A DNA stretch of 64,000 bases from Laetmonice hystrix (lineage: Eukaryota): the NCBI GenBank assembly GCA_965235115.1, contig OZ249450.1:16740001-16804000 (forward strand). Direction: 5' to 3'. Within the stretch, counting starts at the first letter, position 1, and every line of letters begins with the position of its first letter. Below are positions 1 through 12,390 of the stretch, one piece after another. The translations under genes and the position numbers were made by a program. A model generated the notes under the pieces. The model made no database searches. It saw only the letters and a list, made by a program, of their open reading frames with translations, and was not told the DNA's origin.

Positions 1-167
1 AAATCGATGATGCAATACTCACTGCATTGAAATAAATAAACCCCCACTCAAGGTAGTTATCACAGGGGGCGATACCATATGCCTAAATGCCTGAGCCTTT
101 AACTGGTGAGCCCAAGGTTGGCTGACGTGACTGGAGACCTCCACCTCGGTATACGTCCTATACTCAC

Positions 168-362
168 CCGCCGGAGCACCTCGCCAATCATGCCATTCCA
201 GGAACCATCCGAGGTCGGCCGTCCGTAGACGCCGTCTGACACCAACTGGAGGTCGTACGTTAAGCCCGCCCTGGAGGCGATGGCCGCCAGGAGGTCCGGT
301 ATGAACCCCTCGAACTCGTCAGGGCCCCCGTCTGTGTCCCTGACCATGAGGTACGGTGGCTC
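168..362 (-). CDS. Ionotropic glutamate receptor-family gene, S1 ligand-binding-domain exon (gene continues off the left edge)
   Basis: Translates EPPYLMVRDTDGGPDEFEGFIPDLLAAIASRAGLTYDLQLVSDGVYGRPTSDGSWNGMIGEVLRR, matching the iGluR S1 motifs (EPY-M, FEGF--DLL, DG-YG, W-GMIGE). Acceptor tgtttcag|GAG, donor CGG|GTGAGT, 195 bp, phase 0-0. Confidence 0.92.
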
Positions 363-1073
363 CTGAAACAGGGCCGGACGAGGTCACCATCAGGTCAGAC
401 TGTCTACCCCCCCCCCCCCAGGGTCAGGGAGGTCAAGGGGTGACCTGCCCGGAGTAGGGTATGACCTCACTGACGTGAGTAAAGTTCCATACATTACAAG
501 GTTCAATGTTACCTACGACTCCAACCGCCTCTAGAAACGTCAAATCTGACGTCGCATAATGCCAGTAGGTGGAGCCACTTACTTCAATGGTCGTCACTTT
601 GATCTTGTCTCCATCCCGCCGACTGCGCGTCTGTCCCCCTGGAGAGGCAAGACACAACCTACGTTACCATGGTTACACAAAGCGACGTCCTTAGAACATC
701 TTAATGGGGGGGGGGGTCGGGTCACAATCCTGAATGGGGCCTTGACCTATTATTTGAAAGAGAGATATGTCTGGGCGAGTGACAGTCTGGGGGCAATTCT
801 CCAGTAAAATTGCAAAAAGCCATAAAATAAAGGTGTAAAATAATAAACTTATAATAAAGGAATAGGCCCTGCATTGACAGTCATGAAAAAAAGTGTGTGG
901 TGTACTGCGGGCTTAAAATATATAGGGCTTAACAAAATATAAATGGTCCTGAGCAGGGGAGGGGGAGATCCGGACCTCCTGGACCCCCCCCCCCCCACCC
1001 CACCCGGATCCGCGCCTGATACTCTGTTGGTGTGGTGAGAGGTTTTGGGAGGTCCCGCCCACACCGCGAGCTC

Positions 1074-2030
1074 ACGTGCCACCCATTCTTGGAACGGTCA
1101 ATATACACCAGCGCCTACTGGCGGCACTTTTATGAAACCTTGAAAGCTGAAATTATTTTACATCAACACGCGTTCAACACGATTCGTTTGACAATTCACT
1201 TAGAATATGCGGGAAATCCAATCATCAATCATCTTTGACTTCTTAACTCCCGCTTGACACGCGATAATCATTATTTCGTTCGGCGCTATGAACGTTTGAA
1301 GCACCGAACCGAAGCGAAGTTCCGCCGAGCTGCCGGTGAATCGTGATTAGTTCCATAATTCCCGCTAGATGGCACGGAATGGGGTGCTGCCATCTATCCT
1401 TTTGACTTGGAACTAAATATTAGTTCAGAGTTAAAACGATAGATGGCAGCACCCTCTCCAGTGCCATCAGTGGCCGCCAGTGGCGCTACTGTCGGCTGTC
1501 AAAGTTGCGTAATGGCGGACTGTCTTGCGCTTCGCTTCGGCACTTCAAACATTAATAACGATGAACAGAAACATAACTATCGTATATCAAGAAGGGATAT
1601 CAAGCAGGGTATCAATGGCTGAAATGATCATAACATTTTATTAACGTTACAGATTGTAAGCGAATCTCCATGCAGCTCATTCTGCTATAATTTACGTGTG
1701 TTTACTTTTGGCGAACTCGGTCGCGGTTACCAAAATTCCCGCCAGTAGGCGCTGCCGCATATCGACTGTGTGGCCCGTTGCCGTTGTTGGTAGACAGGTC
1801 TTTTTTGTCAAAATGACTCATCCGCGACTGGGTGACAAGGAAGTAGGGCCTAAGTTATGCAATTTCCCGGAGATTTATAATCTGCGTTGGGGCATTTCGA
1901 ATTTTGCATAAATATTAGCCCTAATTTGCATATGATATTATTAGATGTAGGCCTACTAGGCCTATGGCCTAGTTGTTAACATCTATGGCCAGCGCGAAAT
2001 CTTGTGTGCCGACTGAGGCACAATTAAAAG
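1074..2030 (+). mobile_element. Non-autonomous Helentron/MITE-like element, copy 1
   Basis: Colinear with an inverted copy at 48225-49207 and a deleted copy at 50955-51130. Has a 16-bp internal inverted repeat (1109-1124 / 1739-1754), an internal hairpin at about 1386-1453 and a terminal GTGTGCC...GGCACA hairpin. No ORF of note. Superfamily assignment is inference. Confidence 0.6.
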
Positions 2031-3100
2031 TTGTTTCTTTTATAAAACACACAAGTGCTCTGACTGTAGACACCACGAATAGTGCGGAACACGGCATTGC
2101 TATATCGGCCTAGACTTTCCTATAGGGCATAGGCCTAATAGGCCTATAAGCGGTAGGCGGCACCTAGAGTAGGCCTACCTAGAGTTGGCAACTAGGGGCT
2201 ATAGACCCTTTATGCGGTGGGTGACGGGCGGTCAGCTAGTGGTTGTGAGTGAGGGTGTAGGGCGGTAGTCTCCATGGTTCTAAGCAAGGATGTGTTGTTT
2301 AGAGTTGTAATGGCGGTGCGATCTGAGAGAGGATGCTCAATGTATAGGGCCCAGTAGCTACTATAGGCCCCACTGAAGACGGTTGAGGTAGTGGACCAGG
2401 TAGGATGTGATATGTTAGTAGTTACACACGATTCCCGCATCGCGGCGCTGTACGACACTTGGACAGAGATCACGTGTTACTGGTTCCGGCGGAGTCTCGC
2501 CTAACCGCGCCGCCTATCGGACGGTGCGTGAATTATTGATGGGACGCCCGAAGTGAGCCCATGGGGAGAGGGTTGCCTCTCGTCGTGTTCAGTCGGTGCC
2601 CGGGCACCTCATGTTTTAAACATCACGATCAGCATTCTGGGATTCTGGTGTGCCATTCAGGGTCGCCTTGTCCATCTCTAACTGTAGGGGTTGATAGGAC
2701 CCGCATTCGTGCAAATGCTGACTCCATGAGACACGGTAAAGCAGTCATGAACTAGGCCTAATGGTTATTTTTAGTGGTAACCCTAGGAACCGGCTACCAA
2801 TGGCTGATTTCACTTAGACCAAGCTTAGACCAACACCTACCGTGAAACCCATCGGGAAGGTCAAGAGAAGGTCATAGCAATTTTGAGACCGTAAGGCTAT
2901 TCTGGCCGATACTCGCATCGCAAAGTATTTATATATTTATTGCAAATGCCCTTTCTGATTTGATCATGAACTGACGGACGCTGTGACGCTGAGAGAAGCC
3001 AAACATCGACATGATTCACTTTGCACAAGCATCTGTTTTCATCATGCTAGCACAGTTCATTTCCGGAGTCAGTCCATTTCTCGGGGACACGACATCTCTG

Positions 3101-4290
3101 GACCCACCCCATCCTCGGGAACATTTCATCGCCATCGCTCTACCCACCCTATCCTAGGGAACACTTCATGGCACATCTCTCTATACCCACCTCATCCTGG
3201 GGGACACTTCATGGCACATCGCTCTACCCGCCCCATCCTAGGGAACACTTCATGGCACATCTCTCTATACCCACCTCATCCTGGGGAACACTTCATGGCA
3301 CATCTCTCTATACCCACCTCATCCTGGGGAACACTTCATGGCACATCTCTCTATACCCACCCTATCCTAGGGAACACTTCATGGCACATCTCTCTATACC
3401 CACCTCATCCTGGGGAACACTTCATGGCACATCTCTCTACCCACCCTATCCTAGGGAACACTTCATGGCACATCTCTCTACCCGACTCATCCTGGGGAAC
3501 ACTTCATGGCACATCTCTCTACCCACCTCATCCTGGGGAACACTTCATGGCACATCTCTCTATACCCACCTCATCCTGGGGAACACTTCATGACACTTCC
3601 CTCTACCCCCTCCCCCCCCCATCCTAGGGAACACTTCATGGCTCATCTTTCTGCCCACCTCATCCTGGGGAACACTTCATGGCACATCTCTCTACCCACC
3701 CCATCCTGGGGAACACTTCATGGCACATCGCTCTGCCCGCCCCATCCCAGGGAACACTTCCCGGCACATTTGTCTACCCACCCCATCCTAGGGAACACTT
3801 CATGGCACATCTCTCTACCTACCCCATCCTAGGGAGCACTTCATGGCACATCTCTCTACCCACCCCATCCTAGGGAACATTTCATCGCCATCGCTCTACC
3901 CACCCCATCCTAGGGAACACTTCATGGCACATCCCTCTACCCACTACATCCTGGGGAACACTTCATGACACATCCCTCTACCCCCCCCCCCATCCTAGGG
4001 AACACTTCATGGCACATCCCTCTACCCACCTCATTCTGGGGAACACTTCATGACACATCCCTCTACCCCCCCCCCCCCCCATCCTAGGGAACACTTCATG
4101 GCACATCTTTCTGCCGGCCTAATCCTAGGGAACACTTCATGACACATCTCTCTACCCACCTCATCCTGGGGAACACTTCATGGTACATCTCTCTACCCAC
4201 CTCATCCTGGGGAACACTTCATAGCACATCTGTCTACCCGCCCCATCCTAGCGAACACTTAGGGCACATCTCTATATACCCACCCCATCC
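3101..4290. repeat. Minisatellite, 41-43 bp unit, about 28 copies
   Basis: Unit ATCCT(G/A)GGGAACACTTCATGGCACATCTCTCT(AT)ACCCACC(T/C)C read directly. It explains the repetitive ORFs at 2983-4645. Confidence 0.95.
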
Positions 4291-4670
4291 CAGTGGCGTC
4301 GGAACGTGTTGGAAAGTGGGTAGGCCACCAGGATTGGAAATGGAACCTGGCTCTATTGGGTTTACGGTGATTTCAAATGTTACTAATTTTTTCAACCTCC
4401 CAGCAGGAAAAGTGTATGTGTGTCATATCTCTCCCACCTATACCGAGTCCCGTCTTGGTAATTGGAGGTACCCTCACCGTCCAGGCCCTGCATGGCAGAC
4501 CTTAGGCCCACATAATCACACAGTACGTTATCTCAACCCCACGGTAATATACAGGAGGGCTAGCACAGCGGAACATCGCCATAACGGCCCGTCATTTTGT
4601 GGCTCCGTCCGGCCCAGTGTGCATTCAGTCAGTTTCTTGAACTGAAGCCACCTGCTAGTGTATAATGACG

Positions 4671-4684
4671 CCGCTAGATGGCGC
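4671..4684 (+). promoter_or_regulatory. Candidate CTCF binding site
   Basis: CCGCTAGATGGCGC, close to the CCASYAGRKGGCRS core. Motif match only. Confidence 0.45.
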
Positions 4685-5422
4685 TGAGTGTCATCAATCT
4701 CCCGGATGAACGAGCCAGGGAGCAGGTGCTCACTCCATGGATGCTATTTTTCCTTTCTGTCTAGAAATCTGGTGTCGACATTAACGTCATCTCACAAGCG
4801 GTGCCCGGATGAAAAGGCCTTTTAATGTTTCACAAAGAATTAAAATCTAGGTAGCAATTATGCTGAGTAGCACTCTTTATGGTTCTAGTAAATCTTAAAC
4901 GAGTTTGTAGATGGCGGTATTTTTGGCAGGTTGATTAGAGCGACGTTTGGCTGGTTTTTAAAATGATATCTATTTCAGCAAAATAAGACGAAGCAAGTGT
5001 TTCTCGTCGGGAGCTCATATATAATGTATAATCCTAGTATAACATTAATAGAGAATGCGGCGACGACAATAAAGGTTGGGTAAAACTGCTGCGAGCTGAT
5101 GGGTTGATGGCACAGATCCGCATTATAAAGGAGATATCAGATTATCTTTGCATTAGCAATTGTTTTACATGGTTTCCGTTACCGAAGGGACGACGGATAC
5201 AACACCTGTACATCATGTTTATTTTGACAGTCCAATTAATTTTTACATGCATAATAAATGTGTCACAGTTCACTCTTTGCTCAAGTCTGTCTGTGTCCCA
5301 CGTGTGCAAGCTGACGCTGTAATAAGCGGGCTATATCCACATACGCGATTTTACCCCAAACCGACGTCGTAGTGGCATCGCTAAACTAAACCGACGATAT
5401 AGCGTCAGTGGATTTGCCAAAC

Positions 5423-5839
5423 GCCCGGTTCATACTTCTGACGCCTACCTACGCCGACTGACGCCTACCTACGCCGACTGACGCCTACCTACGCCGACTG
5501 ACGCCTCCCTACGCCGACTGACCAGCGCGCGCAGTCGCCTACCGTTGGCGACTTTAATCGAGGTCGTCGGACGACCTCCCGGCGTCGAAGTATGAACACT
5601 CCAACGACGTCGTCGTTGACCTTACCTCAGTCTCTTTGGAGTCTTGCTGGGGTCAAGGACAAGGGTGATAATGCTGGATTCCCATTGGCCAGTTTGGCCA
5701 GTCGTTCGGAATTCGTCGCTCAGCGATCATTGACGCCGACCAACGCCTACTGGTCGCCTACCAGTAGACGTACAGTCGGCGTCAAATTTTCAGTCGCTGG
5801 TGAGTCGGCGTAGGAAGGCGTAAAAGTATGAACCGGCCT
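5423..5839. mobile_element. PIF/Harbinger-like MITE with an internal 20-bp tandem repeat
   Basis: Left end GCCCGGTTCATACTT..ACGCCTACCTACGCCGACT is the reverse complement of the right end AGTCGGCGTAGGAAGGCGTAAAAGTATGAACCGGCC. Four copies of CTGACGCCTACCTACGCCGA lie inside. TAA follows the right end. Confidence 0.6.
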
Positions 5840-6578
5840 TAAAAGCGGGTGAGACCATCCATCTAACGGCCCTAACTCTGTTTTTAGAGAATATTTATTG
5901 CCTCACTTGTTCTTATCTCTCAGTTCTTATCTCAAGGCGCTTTTATTTGCTTTTATTGGACCTTTCTGGAAATCAAATGAAATTACAGTATCTAATGGGC
6001 CCTTATAGACCCATATAAATTTATTATATTAACTTGTAGGGGTCTAATACTTTTATTGGTGTGAAGGGGTCTATTGTACACCCGCCATCTGGAGCATTAT
6101 CATTGCATGTTTCAGGTAACAATTACATTTTAATACCATCTAATGTGGAATTTTATTCTTATGTAGGAAACAAAGAAAGAAAAAATCAGTAGGCATATTA
6201 CATTTGTTCAGGCATATTCATAAACTGCCCCCTCATTCATTCTTGTCGGTCAACGACAGTTGCACCTGCTGTAGCAATGAAGCTCTACAATGGTGTTAGA
6301 CTTGTATAGACCCATATATTTCGAAAGTAAACACTTAAACTGCGGATAATGCGCGGTATAACTATTATAATTTAGTTCCCGACTTGGTCACGACATCTGT
6401 GATGAAACATCGTAATAACATCGCCTTGGTGGATAGCAGCATCGTGTATGTGGATACGCAAAATTTAGCATCGTTGGGGCATGAACGCTGACCAACCGAC
6501 GTGGACCATCGCATGCGTTGACGTTCAACAAGCGTCGGTTTTGCATCGTTTATGTGAATAGGGCCCTTTAACCAATTA

Positions 6579-6792
6579 AGGGCCTTATCCACTAAGCCGA
6601 TTTTCTTTGCGACGTCCATGCGATTTTGACATCACCCTTTTATTTTACTACTATTTTGAGATTAAAGGATGGAACCCGCCATTTCCTTAAACAGGGAAGG
6701 CCAGCCAGGAAAAATTTCAGCATGAAATTCCACCATTAAATCAAAAATCGCATGGCCGTTGCAAGGGAAATCGGTTTAGTGGATAAGGCCCT
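6579..6792. mobile_element. PIF/Harbinger-type MITE, 214 bp
   Basis: TIRs AGGGCCTTATCCACTAAGCCGATTT / AAATCGGTTTAGTGGATAAGGCCCT, flanked on both sides by TTA (6576-6578 and 6793-6795). Confidence 0.8.
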
Positions 6793-6847
6793 TTACAGTC
6801 TCATAGTCGGCGATCGCGGACCATGGCTCAGCCGACATAATCAACGT

Positions 6848-7562
6848 CATGAGAACACGGCCCAGCCGAAATATCATCATGAGAACATGACCCAGTCTAA
6901 ATCATCAGCTTCATGAGAACATGACCCAGCCTAAATCATCAGCTTCATGAAAACACGACCCAGTCTATCACCAGCTTCATGAGAACATGACCCAGTCTAT
7001 CATCAGCTTCATGAGAACAAGACCCAGTCTATCATCATCTTCATGAGAACATGACCCAGTCTAAATCATCATCTTCATGAAAACACGACCCAGTCTATCA
7101 CCAGCTTCATGAGAACATGACCCAGTCTAAATCATCAGCTTCATGAGAACATGACCCAGTCTAAATCATCAGCTTCATGAAAACACGACCCAGTCTATCA
7201 CCAGCTTCATGAGAACATGACCCAGTCTATCATCAGCTTCATGAGAACAAGACCCAGTCTATCATCATCTTCATGAGAACATGACCCAGTCTAAATCATC
7301 ATCTTCATGAAAACACGACCCAGTCTATCACCAGCTTCATGAGAACATGACCCAGTCTAAATCATCAGCTTCATGAGAACATGACCCAGTCTAAATCATC
7401 ATCTTCATGAGAACATGACCCAGTCTAAATCACCAGCTTCATGAGAACATGACCCAGTCTAAATCATCAGCTTCATGAGAACAAGACCCAGTCTAAATCA
7501 TCATCTTCATGAAAACACGACCCAGTCTATCACCAGCTTCATGAGAACATGACCCAGTCTAA
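6848..7562. repeat. Minisatellite, 32-34 bp unit, about 21 copies
   Basis: Unit CATGAGAACATGACCCAGTCTA(AA)TCATCAGCTT. The variant CATGAAAACACG recurs at a 230-bp period. Confidence 0.95.
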
Positions 7563-9121
7563 CCTGACCTGAGGCTTCATTGGAGCGTGTTCTCTATCTC
7601 CGTTATAATCATGGACCTACCGGACTGATATTTCCTTGCCCTGTTGAGTATCTGAGATAGATTATACGTAGAATATTTTTAAGAATGATGCATAATGCAG
7701 TATAGGTAAATATTGCCAAACAGTAGGCTACTATACTTTAAGGCTGGTATTTTGCGGGAACTCGCCTCACCATATTAGACCCTTTACCTATATTCATTTC
7801 ACTCAGAATACCATCTAACCGACTCGGCTTTCTTTCATTTCCATGGGTCACAAACAACCCATCTCCATGGCAACACTAACGGACGCCGACAGACCACGTC
7901 GTTACCGTTTTTTGTTCTGCTGTTCGCGCCCTGAGGCACGTCTGTCCCATAAAGTCGTCAGGGATGACATTTTATGACCCCGCGATCAAAATATTAATGA
8001 TGCAGATATAAAGAAGGTTCAGAAAGAAGCGCCACCAAGTCAGCGTGCATGACTTAGACAGAGAAACACATATTTCTATTTCTCTTCTCATCATGCAGCG
8101 TTGCGAATTGCTGGCCAAAGTTTTTCTCCGCGTTAATAGAGGAAATCTATCTGTATTAGACCCTGTTAAGCCACGGAGCTAACGAGGCGAACACTTGACG
8201 ACGTCAGGTTTTGTAGGGGGATAGGGGTGGAAAATAGCGGGGGAGGGGGATCCTTGTACCAACTCGGCGATGACGTCAGTAAGACGTTACCGACGCCTGT
8301 AGCAGGAGATGATCGACGACAGAACCTTGAGATGACGCCTGCAGGACGTTCAGACTATAGCTGAGTTGATGCCGTGCCGTGTCGGCCCTTTTGTCGTCGT
8401 CATTACATCACAGTCCGTGATATAACGTCCCTAGACGTCGCCACGGATCCTCGAGCCGTTTCTCATATGTGTCTTCCTTGTTTGTCACAGATAACTCAGC
8501 TATAATAGTTTTCCTGGCAGCCGTCGTTAGGCCGGGCGGCAGGCGGCCCCGGTACCCGCCGAACACATCACAGGCCGTCCCGCAGTCCGTGGCTGACCTT
8601 GCAATGCCCTCTAAATCTTCCTGCCATATAAACCGCAATCACACACCTGCGGCCAGGCCCTCGGGAGGAGACTACTACATTGAGAACACCTTAACTAATG
8701 TGGTTTTCTCCGCACGTTTTCTGTGGTAGAGCAATTTCTGGATGATAATGACGTCATTTACAGCGAAACCTCTGCATATACGGTGTTCTTCCTGGCCAGA
8801 ATGTAAGTGTGACCTTGCTAGCCGCCGCATCTAGGGGCACTCGAGAAATCTATTATCTTTATAGGGGCCACTTAATAAGGTTAATCACACCCTCAACCAC
8901 CTGAAGTTAATCACCCCCACCCCACCCCCACCCCCCGCCCCGCCCGGCAGGCTTTGTGTCCTCCGTGTGTCCAGGATGGACGCCGGTAGGTCCGTAACCA
9001 GATGCGCCACCTGGGGGGGGGGGATTCCCTTTCCCAACAGTTCAGCATAGAGTAATGAAAAAAGTGCCCTGAATTTCTATAGGGCCCGGACACCTCTCGA
9101 TAAGGGAGCGGTCCCTCCTGG

Positions 9122-9333
9122 TTACGGGCCTGTAGGAAATTATTACGCCAGGCGTATCCTGACGGTCCTGTATAGCAGTTACGCCAGGCGTATCCTGACG
9201 GGCCTGTAGCAGTTACGCCAGGCGTATCCTGACGGGCCTGTAGCAGTTACGCCAGGCGTATCCTGACGGGCCTGTAGCAGTTACGCCAGGCGTATCCTGA
9301 CGGGCCTGTAGCAGTTACGCCAGGCGTATCCTG
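9122..9333. repeat. Minisatellite, 34 bp x about 6
   Basis: TTACGCCAGGCGTATCCTGACGGGCCTGTAGCAG at 9143, 9179, 9213, 9247, 9281 and 9315. Confidence 0.95.
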
Positions 9334-10067
9334 TTGTTGGTGTTTCTCGACGACTGCGCAACTTGACATCTGACGTTACGACCAGCGAGGTGACATAATT
9401 ATGTCCTTACACAACCGACTTAAGTCTTGAACTTAAGTCACCCTTCGAGAACCAGGCTGGACGCCAGCTTAGACTAAAAGGACGCGCGCGCACAACAATC
9501 CACAAATCAGTCTCTGCAATATTTTGTAAGTGATTGAATTATTTCCAAGTCGTAGAACGGACATTGTGACATGCCCTTTGGTCGCAGGCCGGGGCCTTAG
9601 ACAACAACTAATATGGCTCACAATCCTAGGAAAATGACCATCACCCACCCACCTTCAAAGTAGACACTGTCATAAGTACTATTTTGTATATCATAGTTTA
9701 CCAACTAGGTTTTAATAGCTATAGCGTAGACGTAGCATAAATTGTTGAAATCGCCGGATTACAAATACCAATCCCACGAGGGTGAAACATCTGGCTCTAA
9801 CTAGTTCTGCGCGATTTGCCTGATTTTTCTTCCAGCCGGTATAACATTTGGTTGTGTAGGGGTGTCTATACAAGTGTATGTTTACCGTCACTGACTTCAT
9901 CCCCCTACCCAGGGGAGTTCGCGCTATTGTTTCCTTTACCCTGAAATACCTCTTGAAGTTTCGATTAAGGTTTTAAAAGGACGAGAAGACTTGGGGGGAA
10001 ATGTATGTGGGATTAGTGCCTGGATCCTAGAAATACCTCCGTGACCCCCCGTACGGTCCTGCTATAC

Positions 10068-10166
10068 CTGAAGTATACCGCTATAGGTGACATAGAAGGT
10101 CTTACCCTGAGACAGATGAAGGTGTCCGGCGAGCAACAGAAGCAGAAACCCGTAGACGGCTTCCAT
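10068..10166 (-). CDS. First coding exon (signal peptide plus start of S1) of the iGluR-family gene
   Basis: MEAVYGFLLLLLAGHLHLSQG-KTFYVTYSGILQ. Context accATGG, hydrophobic signal-peptide core, phase-0 donor CAG|GTATAG. Joined to 362 it gives KTFYVTYSGILQEPPYLM, matching the S1 opening strand (KTxxVTTILExPYVM). Confidence 0.72.
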
Positions 10167-12019
10167 GGTTGGTCCCTGAATGTGTGTGACTTCTCGACTC
10201 ACGACCGCACCCCGCTGCCGTCTGTCCGACCGTCCGTCCGATCTGTTCCAGCGTCCCGAGTCCGTCCGACCGTCGGTCCCGAGTCCGAGCAGCCTGAGAC
10301 GAACGCTGCAGCCCGCGGCGGGCGAGATACGGCGAGATGGTAGGAGAAGGAAGCGCGATGATTGATTGGATGATCGAGGGTGGCTGGTGGCGGTGGGGAC
10401 GGAGGACCTGGAGACGGCCCGCCTCCGGGATGGTGTCACGTGGGTGGGGGTGGGGGTGGGTCGGCAGGTACGGGCCGACCTCAAGGGGGAAGTGACTTGA
10501 CTCTGACAACATGTCACAGAAGAGAGAGATGGCGGGTGGGTGGGGATAGGGAGAGAAAAGGAGAAATGACAACAGACAGGTAGAGGCACAAGATACAACA
10601 GAAATAGAGAGGTAAAGATAGATAGGAACGAAAAATAGCAGATAGATAAGTACGTAGTGATAAAGTGCCTGCTTAGAAGGCAACTCTTTCTATACTACTG
10701 AGAGGCGCCCTCCCTCCCGGCTCGTAAATCTCCTTGCTGAATGGAAGCCGAAACATCCATTCCACTCGTTGATCCCAGCCACGGGGGCAACATTAAGTGA
10801 CATTTGAAAACGTCATGTCGAGCGTTCCAAGATGATCTCAATGACGTGATAAATGGAGTGTTATAATGTCGTGGATTATCGTAGTCCTAGCGGATTAGCT
10901 GTGTCAAAGATCTGGGATCGCAGCGATTTAACCAGAATTGCCGTGGGCTCTTTGGGGACAGCGACCCCTAAGTGATTTTTAACCCTTCACCCGACCTACT
11001 TCCATTAACCGTCTTAGTCCTGGTCCTCTAATATCATCCTGATACGGGGCAGTTTGAGGGCAGTTTAGGGGGCACTCTGAGGCCAGGAAAGGGTACGGGA
11101 TAGAATGGGAGTGAGGGTGGGTTGTGGTGAGTTGGCGGTAGGGTGCGGTAGCAGCACAAACTGTGAAAGATCACCTGACGAGTCCAGGTGAGCCCTAGCA
11201 CGCACTGATAACGAGAGACGGTAGATCAGGCAGCGGTGACGATCGTACACGGGAGGGGTGGGAGGGTGGGTGGGTGGGAGGTAACACCCAGGGGTGGGGG
11301 TGGGGGTGGAGTGGGGGTAGGGGGGCTGACGACAGCCCGCGACCCTGGCCGCCGCTATAAAGTGTCTCCTGGTGTTAAGACTTCCGTCGACACCACGGCG
11401 CCTGCGCACTCCACGGCACGTGACCTGCATCAGGTATAACGTCGGATCTCGCGAGATCAGTCGAGGATCGATCTGCGAGCATTCGTGTGTTACAGCACGC
11501 TTAGAGTCTACGCACACCATCTCTTTCTCACATAGCTGAAGGAAAAAGTCCTCCAGTAAAATGTATTTTTCACCACGCCATCAAACTAATGGCTTGAGAG
11601 AAGTAAATAATGATTGCATTGGGAGACTGTGGTGTGACTTTATCCACCCGGGACATTACGGTATTTTCACCCGAGAGTCGATGGATTCTTAGAATTGGAC
11701 ATTTATGCATTTGGGGAAAATGAATTAGAAACGTTCTAGAGAAAATGCGTGGAGTAGTATTACCCCTGAGACACGTGCCTGGTGCCTGGAGCAGGCATGG
11801 GATGGCTTGCCGGGCAGCCAGTCCCGCCTTGACTGGCCGTTAGCGGACCGACAAATTACCTGCCCGCCCCCTATTGTCTTTTAAAGACACACGTGGTATG
11901 GTTGCAGTGCCCTTTACCTGCTCGTGTGTATCCTTCTCCGCGTACTCAAACACTTAAAGCCATGTACTCTCAGTGACGGGCTTTAAAAATATACGGGTAA
12001 TACATCATATTTCAACCAC

Positions 12020-12390
12020 TATGTGGCCATATTGGTCCACCGTCCCACCTTACCTGCTGTGCAGCCTGGTCGCGATATTGGGCCATGTACCCACCATCCC
12101 ACCTTGCCTGCTGTACAGCCTGGTAAAGTTATGGGGCTGTACCCACCATCCCACCTTGCCTGCTATGCAGCCTAGTCGCGATATTGGGCCATGTACCCAC
12201 CATCCCACCTTGCCTGCTGTACAGCCTGGTGAAGTTATGGGGCTATGTAGGCTACCCACCATCTTGCCTGCTGTACAGCCTGGTCACGATATTGGGCCAT
12301 GTAACCACCATCTCAACTTGCCTTGTACAGCCTGGTAACGTTATGGGGCCATGCCCACCAGTCCACCCTTCCTGCTGTGCAACCTGAACA
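12020..12390. repeat. Degenerate tandem repeat, about 52-54 bp monomers in alternating variants, about 7 copies
   Basis: Core GTACCCACCATCCCACCTTGCCTGCTGTACAGCCTGGT with alternating ATATTGGGCCAT / GTTATGGGGCT heads. Confidence 0.85.

Noticed and set aside
2983-4645. Long His/Pro-rich repetitive ORFs
   Set aside because: These are translations of the 41-43 bp minisatellite in all frames. Unit lengths are not multiples of 3, and the tract lies antisense inside an intron.
6848-7562. CRISPR-like appearance of 32-34 bp repeats (also 37815-38283)
   Set aside because: Repeats are head-to-tail with no unique spacers, in a eukaryotic context without cas genes.
8408-8638. ORF EDLEGIARSATDCG... as a possible extra iGluR exon
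   Set aside because: No ATD-like or S1 similarity, and no good in-phase donor before its stop.
10041-10683. Overlapping 100-190 aa ORFs on both strands
   Set aside because: GC-rich 5' UTR or promoter sequence. Only the last 33 codons of 10062-10598 look coding.
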